DNA of 63,870 nt, the filler included, from Octopus bimaculoides (lineage: Eukaryota), in the NCBI RefSeq assembly GCF_001194135.2. It is 4 parts of 4 records of this genome, joined end to end, with 100 filler letters (N's around TTAATTAATTAA, not from the genome) between each part and the next. Parts side by side here need not be neighbours in the genome. Positions count along the whole stretch, not along the records: positions 40,878 to 60,156 come from NC_068985.1; 3 more parts are not named here. One strand, given 5' to 3'. The stretch's first letter is position 1; the number at the start of each line of letters is the position of its first letter. Made by a program: the position numbers and the translations under genes. This document shows, piece after piece, positions 49,405-59,918 of the stretch. The notes beneath the pieces were generated by a model. The model saw only the letters and a program-made list of their open reading frames with translations, was not told the origin of the DNA and made no database searches.

Positions 49405-49985
49405 ATCATCATCATCATCATCGTTTAACGTCCATTTTCCATGCTGGTATGGGTTGGACGGTTTGACTGAGGACTAGCAAGCCAGTAGGCTGCATCGGGC
49501 TCCAGTCTAATCTGGCAAGGTTTCTACAGCTGGATGCCCTTCCTAACGCCAACCACTCCAAGAGTGTAGTGGGTGCTTTTTATGTGCCACCAGCCCAGGA
49601 GCCAGTCAGACAGCACTGGCATCGACCATGTTCAGATGGTGCCTTTTACATTTCACTGGCACAGGAGCCATTCGGGGGGCACTGGCATCGACCACGTTTG
49701 GATGGTGCTTTTTAAATGCCACCGGCACAGGGAGTCAGTCAAGCGGCACTGGCATCAACCCACACTTGAATGATGCTTATTACGTGCCACCAGTATGGGT
49801 GCCAGTCAGGCAGCACTGGCATCAGCCACAACTACGATCTCCATTTTGATTTTGATTTTGCTTTTACTCAGACTCAATAGGTCTTCTCTAGGGCAGCGTA
49901 TCACCCGACGTTTCAAGGGTACTTTTAAATGGGCTGGTTATGCAACACTGGTATCGGCTATGGCTGTGATCTCACTTTACTTGCA
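49405..49985 (-). mobile_element. Family E copy, tail-to-tail with the previous one; ~67-bp internal repeat, about 3.5 copies
   Basis: (atc)6gtttaacgtccattttccatgctgg..ggatgcccttcctaacgccaaccact..; repeated units acyggcacaggagccagtc..gcactggcatcgacc..ggtgctttt. Confidence 0.85.
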
Positions 49986-49994
49986 GGGTCAGAT

Positions 49995-50524
49995 GTGTGT
50001 TAAGAAGCTTGCTTCACAACCACATGGTTCTGGGATCAGTCCTACTGTGTAAGACCTTGGACAAGTGTCTTCTACTATAGCCTTGGGCCGACCAAAGCCT
50101 TGTGAGTGGATTTGGTAGATGGAAACTGAAAAAAGCCTGTTATACTGTAAAGTGGTTGCCAAAACTGACCTCGCCTGTACTTGTGCCATGTAAAAAGCAC
50201 TACTCACCTTACCTGTGCTTGTGCCATGAAAAAAGCACTAAGTCCACTCTGCTGAGTGGTTGGTGTTAGGAAGGGCATCCAGCAGTAAAAATCCGGCCAA
50301 AATAGTCACAGAATTCTGGTGCAGGCTTTGGCCTGGCCAGCTCTTGTGAAACCGTCCTACCCATGCAAGCATGGAAGGTGAACATTAAATGATGATGATG
50401 ATGATGATGAAGTTAGGCTTAAAAAGTAAGCCCTGGGGTCGAATTGTTTGACAAAAACACTTCAAGGCAGTGCTCCAGCATGGCTGCAGTCAAATGACTG
50501 AAACAAATAACAGAATAAAAGAAT
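49995..50524 (+). mobile_element. Chimera: family A head, family E 3' part (50141-50409), family A tail
   Basis: A head runs to ..ggaaactgaaaaaagcc, then an E body ending (gat)n, then aggcttaaaaagtaagccctggggtcg..tgactgaaacaaataacagaataaaagaata. Confidence 0.75.
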
Positions 50525-50529
50525 ATATA

Positions 50530-50755
50530 TCTAAGTGTGTGTGTCTTTGTGTCTGTGTTTGTCCCCCACTGCCACTTGACAGCTGGTGATGGTTTGTTCA
50601 TGTCCCTTTAGCTTAACAGTTTGGCAAAGAAACTGAAAGAATAAGTACCAGGCTTAAAGGTACTGGGGTCAACTCCTTCAACTAAAAATTCTTCAAGGCG
50701 GTGCCCCAGCATGGCCTCAGTCTAATGATTGAGACAAGTAAAAGATAAAAGATAA
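50530..50755 (+). mobile_element. Family A 3' half, directly after the chimera
   Basis: gtctgtgtttgtcccccac..aagtaccaggctt..ggcggtgccccagcatgg..caagtaaaagataaaagata. Confidence 0.75.
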
Positions 50756-51469
50756 ATGTTTAAGAGACCCCCTTTGACATCAAAATCTGCTTCTGACTAC
50801 CTCTATATCTTTGATACAAAAATACTTGATTTAAAGTGTTCTTGTTTGAATTAGACATTTCTATCACAATTTTATACAAGAACCTTTTGTTATATTCCAA
50901 ATACCAGCTTAAAATGTCAATGAATTAAATCACTAAATCTCTTCAAATTATTCATTATTTAAAAAATTAAGTGAAATATAAGCAGTGTAAATTATAGAAA
51001 CATGGTCTCAAAAGGATTCAAGAGCTTTTTTATAATGCATGCTTATCAATTGTGTGAAGTGTTAGTCTCCTGTTTCAAAAGCAAAGTTTATTGTTTGTTT
51101 TAGTCAACATAAATATCTCTCCCCACTTCACAATTAAACTGTTGCAACAGTGAAGAGAAACTAATCATGAAGTTCAAGCTTCCTTGTTAAACAACACACG
51201 GAAATCAACCATTACTACAGGTTCTGATGAGGGAGCCTCTAAGTGGTCACTCAACATGCTAGAAATAGTAATCAAATTTCTCTTCAATCATACCCACCCT
51301 CTTTCCTAAAGAGATGGTAATGTCATAGCTAGAATGTTTTACTATATAACAGTTATATAAATAATTATCCAGATGTTTCATGTATGTTGACTTCTGCAGA
51401 ACTTTGCTACAGAATGTAAAAAAACCCCACAAAATGAGTCAGTGATCTCCAAAACTATTAAACAAAAAT

Positions 51470-51890
51470 CATCATTATCATCATTTAACATCCGTTGTCC
51501 ATGCTGGCATGGGTTGGATGGTTTGACCAGAGCTGGCAAGCTGGGGAGCTGCACCAGACTCCGGTCTGGTTTGCCATGGTTTCTATGGCTGATATCCCTC
51601 TGAATGCCAACCTCTTTACAGAGTGTGCTGGGTGCTTTTACGTGGCACTGCACAGGTGTATTTACATGGTGCCACATGGGCACTTTTACATGGCACCACA
51701 CAGGTGTTTTTATGTGGCACTGCATGGATGCTTTTACATAGCACTGCACAGGCACTTCTATGTGGTACTACACAGGTACTTTTACATGGCATCACATGGG
51801 TACTTTTACATGTCACTGAACAGGCACTTTTATGTGACACCATACAGGTGCTTCTAAGTGGCACTGCCACGAGTGCTTTACACTGCCAGA
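51470..51890 (-). mobile_element. Family E copy carrying a 24-bp minisatellite
   Basis: (atc)n tail plus family E body, followed by tandem 24-mers. Confidence 0.8.
51632..51872. repeat. 24-bp minisatellite, 10 copies, no spacers
   Basis: Contiguous units of the form G-yr-CTTTTA-yr-TGGCAC-yr-CA-yr-G. Confidence 0.9.
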
Positions 51891-52239
51891 AGGATTAGTC
51901 TTAACACTTCTGCTGCGGAGTATGTTTTAAATTAAAATCTTGTGAAGAAAAAACATAAGTAAAGTAGCTGTTCAAAATTATCTGTTTAAGAACAAATTTC
52001 ACATACTGTTTTAAGAAAACATATTTCAGTGACACCCAATAACCAAAACCAATGTCAGTATAAAAAAGAATATATTAAAGAAGTTTATTTTTTTAAACGT
52101 GAAAGTTGTTCACATATTTTAAAATGAGCTGTGCTTGTCAGCAGCTGATTGCATGGATATAGTTTCAAAACCAATAAATATCAAACTGACAAAAGGAAAT
52201 ACTTTTTCTTTAGAACGATTAACAAATGTTGCTTCTCCA

Positions 52240-53215
52240 AGGACAGTAATCAGCAACATATCGAACGTGATCTAAAAGTAGAGTAGTGGCAATGTGGAAA
52301 CAGGGTTTCTGAATGAAGTGGTGCCGGCCATGAAGTGGAATGTCACCAGGGAGGACATCTGAAAATGGAACCTACAGCGGATTGAGTTCTTCATCCAGGA
52401 GAATGGGCTATGATGTCCTCCCCACGAGCCCATCCAATTTATTAACATGAAGCATAGCGAAACTCCCATGCATGCACCCTGTGTTCAAAGACAGAGACCT
52501 TTGAATACATCCTGATGCTGTGAGGCACTGAATGAGTTATGCTATCACTGGAGACACAATCAGGTACTCAAGCTCATTGATGAGGCAATCAGCAAAGAGA
52601 ACAGTGACAGCAAAAATACCAGCACTACAGCCAGTAAGACAGCCTTTGTTAAGGAGGGACACTCGCTAAAGAAAAGAATCAAAACAGCTCTGGTGGTTTA
52701 CTTTTCCCATCAGATTACTGGATGATGGAAAATAACTTGGAGAACTAGCTATAATTTTTAGCACATTTCACCCAGACCTTGCTGAGACTAGATATCATTT
52801 TGATTTCTGAGACAAGGCAGTTAATTCTGTTAGAATTAACTATATCCTGGGAAGAAAGGGTGGAGGAAGCAGAAAAGATGAAGAGAACTAAGCACCAGAA
52901 GTTGGTAGAAGACTTCCACAAGAATGGATAGAGAACAAGATGTTTACTAGTGGAGGTTGACAGTTAAGAATTCACAGGTTGTACTCTGAATAATGCATAT
53001 GGAACCCTCAACATTACAGGAGTGAGTAGAAGAGCCATCAAGAACAACATAGAAGTTGTTGAGAAAGCATCTAGATGGCTCTGATTGAAGATAGATGGTC
53101 ACTGAAGTGAGTAGAAAGCCATTTGGGCTCAAGCTTAGGTCACCTGGATGAGAGGGCATGTTTAAGATCTCAGACACTCAATGACTCCACAATACAACAC
53201 TGACTTTGTGTCCAA
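52240..53215 (+). mobile_element. HERO-like RLE-type non-LTR retrotransposon, 3' portion
   Basis: RIEFFIQ..YDVLP; zinc knuckle CTLCSKTETFEYIL/CC..YHWRHNQVLK; RLE domain LRLDIILISETRQLILLELTISWEERVEEA..K..KH..LV..RTRCLLVEV..VEKASRWL; 3' UTR-like segment. Multiple stops and frameshifts. Confidence 0.85.
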
Positions 53216-53930
53216 GTATTACATCTGTAGATATATGTAGAACTAATACGATAGTCTTCAACTACACCTAATCACTGGAGTTCTTAAAAGAGAAAACAAG
53301 ACTTTTGCTACACAAGAATTGGTTTGAGGTATGGAAGGCAAGCATTCAGGAAAATGTCTCTTTAAGAAAATGCAAAATAGTCTCATTGGATCTGTTTTAA
53401 ATGGTTCTGTGTGAGAGAATACAAATTGAAAATGAGGATAACAAAATACAAAAGAGATTAATTAATTTCAACTTACTATTTTGACATGTTCTAAATAAAT
53501 TTCTGTTTTTGCATCATTTTCTCTTTGCATTTTTTCTCTAGCTTTCTGCATTGCTTCAAATGTCTGCTGACACTTTTGATTGTCTATAAAAATCAAAATA
53601 TAAAAAGAAATAGTAGAATACAAGCTGTTATATTAACAATAAAAGCTATTGCTGCACAAATATGAGAAAACTTGGATGCATTTATAAGATATTTTATTTA
53701 GAATTTAATTCACTTTATAATTTATATTTCTGGTTTATGAATATTCCATGACTATTGCTACTTTCAGCTTCCTTTCCAAACTGTTTCACAACAGTAACAT
53801 TGTGTTTATTTTAGTCTTATTGAGGAACATGTTATGGCAGAATCATTAGAACATTGGACAAAATGTCTGGTAGAATTTCTTCTGGCTTCAAATTCCACCA
53901 AAGTCAACTCTGCTTTTTATCTTTCTAAAG

Positions 53931-54125
53931 TCATTATCATCATCATCATCATTTAATGCCCATGTTCCATGCTGGTACGGGTTGAATAGTATGACAGGAT
54001 TCAATGTGTCCAAGGACTACAGTGTCTGTTTTGGTATGATTTCTATGACTGGATGCCCTTCCTAACACCAACCACTTTATAGCATGGAGTGGGGGCTTTT
54101 TTCATGTCACCTGCACTATTAAGGT
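53931..54125 (-). mobile_element. Family E 3' end, diverged
   Basis: (atc)n ttaatgcccatgttccatgctgg..ctggatgcccttcctaacaccaaccact. Confidence 0.75.
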
Positions 54126-54444
54126 TGCCATGCAGCTTACAGAACTACAAACCTTGGGGTGGAAGAAGTCAGGTTCATGCTAGGGGATGAGGAGATTGAA
54201 CTGTGAGGTGGTGGGGGGAATGCAGCTTCTTGTAGAAGATCTGCATGGCTATTCAAATCTAATAGGGAAAGGGGAGAGAAAGAGAAAGGTCAATAAAATA
54301 AGGCACTAGTTGAGTATTGGGGTTGATACAATCAATTGTCCCCTCTCGTCCACCAAATTTCTGGTCATATGTCTCCATAAAAAATAATTTAATCTCATTA
54401 GCTAGCCATGGCCTAGATGGTGTTATTTAAAAGGATAAAAGATA

Positions 54445-54770
54445 AAGACCCCCTTCGGTCATGAATGACCATGGGATTGCACCTAGAAAGTTACTCTCTG
54501 AGGCACTAGTCTGGGCGAGGTTGTTTATGGAAGACCAGCAGTTACTCATGCATACAAGCCTCTCCCTCCACACCACCAATGTTATCCAAGGGAAAGGCAA
54601 AAGTCGATACAGCTTAGCACCAGTGATATCACAACTCATTTCTACAGCTAAGTGAACTGGAGCAATATGAAATAAAGTGTCTTGCTCAAGTACACAACAC
54701 ACAGCCCAGTCCAGGAATTGAACTCACTATTGAATGATTGTGAAGCCAATGTTTTAACCACTGCACCTCC
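54445..54770 (-). mobile_element. Family D SINE with CpG decay
   Basis: Aligns to 35546-35882; cagtcgccc becomes cagttactc and ccacgcc becomes ccacacc. Confidence 0.85.
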
Positions 54771-56693
54771 ATGGTGTTAGTTACAGACTGCTATAATAAT
54801 ACTTTGAGCTTTCCAGCAAGTACAGGAGGCAGCTCTTAATCTGACATCATCAGCAAAGGCATCTTTTAAGTATTTAATGATTTCTAAAGAGAGTGTACTC
54901 TTTGAAGAAAAGATGCTATCAGTACCAACCACCTTGTTGAGTTGAAGAGATTGGAAACATTTTCTACCTTGGCTTGTGTGTGCATGTGGTGATATGAAAT
55001 AAGGGATATGTGCAATGAGAGTTTGGGAGGAATTTTGTTGAGTGGATGCTGTGTGGAGTTGGAAGCAAAGCAAGTAACAAATGTGAAATCTTTTTCAGTA
55101 TCCTTTAATTCTCTAATATAGCTATAGTGTGAATAATAGAAAAGTAGCTGCAGCAACTACAGCAGAATTATATTTCTGCTCAACATATGAGCTTCCTAAA
55201 AAAAGCATTTGTTGCAAATTTCTCAGTGTTTTGAACCAAACCAAAATAAACTTATTCACTTTTTACTTGTACAGATAAAAGCTTCAAAATAAATGGTTGA
55301 AAGCTGTCATGGTTGGTTTGGTATGGTGGTTTATCATAGCAGATCTGTCTATGGGAGATAGATTCAATTCCTAAGATGATTCTATCCACTTTTTCCTGTT
55401 AAAAGGAGTATATTTACCCAATATCTTATGAGCTGTTTTTATTATATAGCTTCATTTACATTCAAGCCTCCTAAAAAAATAAAACTATTTTCAAATTTCT
55501 CAATGCTTTGAAGAAAACCAAAACGTATACATATTTTTAAATATTTGATCTTGTTAACAAAATATCACATCACATAAAAATAATATTTTGTGACTATTGT
55601 TATTTTTATCTATTTTATGAAACATAGACAGATGACAAAGTGGCATACACTTCATCTAACCATAACTTTCACATATAAGAAATAATGTCACATATAAGAA
55701 ATAATGTCTGCTTCAGTAATCAAAGCAAAACTTTTGCTAACTATGTTTAACATAAAATTAATAAAATCATAGAGATTTTAAATACTGCTTAGTGCATGTT
55801 CTATAATACAGATTAATAAGTACAATAAAAATAGTGATAAATCCATAAATTATCACTAATCTGAGTGATAACATCTGAGCTCATTGTGGATATAAGTTTT
55901 AAAATATTGTTCATTGCACATTGTCCTGTTGGTAAGAAGAATTTAACTACCTTTAGATAATGTAAATGATCTTTTGGTTTCTAACATGCAATATATACAC
56001 AACTGTTAATAAATAAATAATACATATATACACAAATGGTACAATGAAGTGACATATATAGCAGGTGTCATATAAACTCAAACACTTAAATTAACATACA
56101 CAATAAAACCCCAATATATCAATATCCTTATCATTTCCTCATTTAATAACTCCCTCTACTTACTGCAGGAAGAGATAATGTGCTCTTACCAAACAACTGG
56201 CTATCTGGTATAGACTCATAATCATTATCTCTTATGATATTTTCCTGAATAGTTGTATAAGCAGCGTCATTAATGAATTATCATCCTCATTGTAATAATT
56301 TCACTATATTCATATCAAATGCTAGTAGTGGCGCCTCCGAAGGAAGAAGAAGCTGAGAAATCAATGCAATTTTTTTTCTTTTATGGCTCTGACCTTTTCA
56401 AACTGGATTAAGTGCATATATTATACATTTCTCGCCATTTTCCTTTCATTTAACCAAACTAGAACTTTTTAAATAGTGTCAATAAAAATCATCCAGTGAT
56501 ATGACAACAGAGGTATTTTATAGTCAGAGAAGTGAATAAAGAGTTCTAACAGCAAAAGTTTTATAAGTTCATGCTTTCTTAAGAACATTCAATATTGGCA
56601 TTAATTGTACTCTATGCAGTATTAAGAAATGAATTGTATTGCTACTACTAGTATGACATTTTATCTTGCCTTGCTCAAAAGAATATATATATG

Positions 56694-56734
<41 letters not shown>

Positions 56735-56830
56735 ATTATAGAGTGGTAGGGAGAAGNNNNNNNNNNNNNNNNNNNNNNNNNNNNNNNNNNNNNNNNNNNN
56801 NNNNNNNNNNNNNNNNNNNNNNNNNNNNNN

Positions 56831-56860
<30 letters not shown>

Positions 56861-56862
<2 letters not shown>

Positions 56863-57075
56863 TTAATCCAAAAAAAAAATGAGGAAAAACACAAGAAAAA
56901 AGCAACAATGCAAGGACGTGGTACATACGTGGTATTAGCAGAAGCTCAGAGAAGGAAAGAAAAGTAGTTTTACATTTCAAGCAAAGCTCTTCATCAGAAA
57001 CAGGAAATGGAAGAAAGGCCAAGAGAAAAGGAAGACACAGGAAAAAAATCGCCAACAATCCATACATTATTACTC
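56861..57075 (-). mobile_element. Hammerhead-bearing element F2 (motif at 56967-57001)
   Basis: Minus strand guuu-CUGAUGA-A-GAGC-uuu-GCUU-GAAAU-GUA^-aaac: canonical core, with both CpGs decayed to wobble pairs; the element ends in (TA)n. Confidence 0.7.
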
Positions 57076-57416
57076 CCATTGTCCTCTCCCCACAACTTCT
57101 CTACCACTTCAACACCCCTTTTCACTTGCCCTCCATCTCTGGCCTACCACCACACCTCTCTTTCTCAGGATTCCTTTCCACCATAATCTATTGCTCTTTT
57201 GTTGTTCCCTTTCCTTCACACCTTTTGTCCATACTCACCTTTATAAGGTAGGATAGGCTTAGACATCTCCCCCATCTAATTTCCACTGTATCTCACTTTT
57301 CTTCATCTCATGATGCTAATCCTTTCCTCTTCCCATTTCATGCATACTCCCTTTCACCCAATTAATGCTTACCATGCTACTCTGTAGCACTCTCCACTAC
57401 CACCTCATTGCAATTA

Positions 57417-57667
57417 TTGGGTTGGTGCATAATTATTGAGGCTTTTTTTCAACAAATTTTATTCAACAAAAACAATAACAATATTTAACAAAAACATCTT
57501 TAAATGACGGTCTGACCATCTGCCAAGTACATGGTTAGCAGTAATTGAGGTAGATGGTGAATATGGTCCGGAATAATCATTCAAAGATATTTTTGTTACA
57601 TGTTGTTATTGTTTTTGTTGAATAAAATTTATTGAAAAAAAGCCGCAATAATTATGCACCAACCCAA
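57417..57667. mobile_element. mariner-type MITE with ~90-bp inverted arms
   Basis: TA|TTGGGTTGGTGCATAATTATTG.GGCTTTTTT ... AAAAAAGCCGCAATAATTATGCACCAACCCAA|TA; the TIR resembles Hsmar1/MADE1-type ends. Confidence 0.9.
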
Positions 57668-57824
57668 TATTACTCTATCCTTCTCATCTTACTTACCCTC
57701 CGCCATCTATAACCACCCTATACATTGTCTTCTATACTCCATCAGTTATATAACTAAGCCCTTACTCTTGCAAGTTACAGAGTGATCTTCACTAGTGCTG
57801 GTAAATAATGTACAACCATAGAAA

Positions 57825-58035
57825 CTCTGTTCATCATTTTCTAATAGTCCTTGACATATGTATTCATCCTTGAAAGTAAGCATATTTTCCCTTCAACAGA
57901 TTTCAGATCATCATAGTTTTTTGCCCCATGAGCATGAAGATGAAATTTTTCTGGATCTCTTGGATTAACTGTGGATACATAGCTAATTACATTGTGATTT
58001 CTTCTTATTGGCAACCACTTACTTTCTCTGTAACT
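57825..58035 (-). mobile_element. Helitron Rep/helicase coding remnant
   Basis: KWLPIRRNHNVISYVSTVNPRDPEKFHL-HAHGAKNYDDLKSVEG then, after a frameshift, TFKDEYICQGLLENDEQ. This resembles the Helitron segment V.P...ERF.LR.LL.V.G..S..DL.TV.G...TF..AC...GLL.DD. Confidence 0.7.
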
Positions 58036-58274
58036 AAAAACAATGAATAAGAATTTAACAGTGGTTTCATTATTCTTCAGCATGCTACATATCACTGAGT
58101 TCCCCATAGGGAAATAAGAAAAAGGGTAAAACATTGGGTCAAGATGTCAAGAAAATATGAGACGCGAGCAAGTGGGGCATTCCTTGGCTGAATTACAATG
58201 TCTCTATTTTCTGAAATGTCTCTATTTCATTGATAAACATAGTAGCAATTTTATTATCTATAGGTAAATTGTAC

Positions 58275-58315
58275 TTCTCATTAGCTAGCCTACAAAATAG
58301 GCTAGCTAATGAGAA
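58275..58315. other. Perfect 18-bp stem-loop
   Basis: TTCTCATTAGCTAGCCTA-caaaa-TAGGCTAGCTAATGAGAA. Confidence 0.9.
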
Positions 58316-59918
58316 TTCACAAGTCTTGATCCTGAACACAGTGGTATGGCAAGAACTATCAAACCTTCAGATGTGAGTCCTACAGCCTACTGTTAAGCTT
58401 ATATAATGTGTGTATATACACAAAATATATAGGATTAGTGGAAACATCATGTTCAAGGTAAAAATTATTTTGTTTAATCTTAACATGAATCAAAGTTAAT
58501 TGTGAAGAATTCTAATACCACTGTTATATCAATATATTCACGAAGAGAGGCAGACAACTAGAAACTAAAACAGAAAAAATCTAATGGACAGTGTGAAGTA
58601 TTAAACAAGATTAGGAAAAGTTAAACAGCAAGAAATGAAGTTTCAGAAATTAGGAAAACAAATGCTTCAATTAATAAAGAATCATTCAATTAGATTACAC
58701 TCAAATAATGACATGTTTGTTCTATAAACCCTATTTTCAATACAATTTCTTCATTTCTATTTCATTAAATTGTTTTTTATATATATCTTTTCCTACTTCT
58801 AGGGAAACAATACATAGTGCCTAAGATCAAAATAAAGTATTAATGGAGGCTGAAAATATTCTTGAAATGTTATATATTTAAGACATATTGTTAAAAGCAT
58901 TAAAAACAACATCCAAAAAATAAAATAAATCTGAAGGAATTGAAAAGACAATTCTTTTTATTGAAAATATACAGAATAAACTATGAAAACGAAGCAAAAT
59001 ATTTTTAACAAAATATTCAAAAAATTATTTCTAATTAATTTTCCTAAAAGGAATTCTAAAATATTTAATTTAAACAAGTTGATTTTTATCATATTAAATG
59101 AGGCATATACATTTAATAAAATCCTCTAATCAAGTTACATGAGATCTACAAAAGAACAACAGAATCAATTGAAAGCAAAAGAAAAAAAATGAATTAACCA
59201 AAATTTGATAAAAGAATCATGAAATAAAATAATGAAAAATCAAACTTCTTTGCAAGTAAAAAATATATATTCAAGTATTAGGTCATCAAAAGCACAAGAA
59301 CATTCCTTCCAATATTTTATACAGTGATAGGGTAGTAACGATAATAGAAGTAAATTAAATATTTTAAAGTATTTATTTCATCCAGCAAAGTTCTCAGTTC
59401 AAATCCCTACATCTCTTTGTGGTTAATAAAATAGCCCCAATATTATACAGGTGTCAATTATATCAACAGCATCTCCATCCTGGAGAAAACCTTTTCACTA
59501 GTCAAAACAAATCAATATTTTGTGCAGAGAAGTATTCCAAATGTTGTATCTCTGGCATATATTATACAAGAGAAGCTGGTGTCTGTCTGTCTTTCAAAAC
59601 TTCTATTACAGGGAAGGAAAAGGGAAGGAGTCAAAAGAGGAGATAACCTCTTCTTTTAGAAGAATAGGAGAAAAAGTTAGTGTTAGGAAACAAATAAAGT
59701 ATCAGAGAGAGCAGAGAGAAAGAGAGGGACACAGAGAGAAACTCAAACATAGTCAGGTAGATTGACTGCTAGATAGATATAAAGATAGGTAGGTAGGTAG
59801 GTAGGTAAGTAGAGTAATCACCAGAGTAACTATCAAATTTTGATTAAAATTATGGGAATTTTAAGCACAAGTCTGTCAACGCAATGCAACACTGACTTCA
59901 AAGAAATAACTACATGTA

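Noticed and set aside
51632-51872. 24-bp array as a CRISPR-like repeat
   Set aside because: There are no spacers, the variation is explained by CpG decay, there are no cas genes, and the context is eukaryotic.
54777-55156. Two overlapping minus-strand ORFs (98 and 90 aa) as exons or a hAT transposase
   Set aside because: No motif could be assigned with confidence and the splice signals are mediocre, so it is left unannotated.
55668-55708. 19-bp tandem duplication (tcacatataagaaataatg)
   Set aside because: An ordinary local slippage event with no further structure.
57841-58134. 97-aa minus-strand ORF as a host gene exon
   Set aside because: It is better explained as a frameshifted Helitron remnant.
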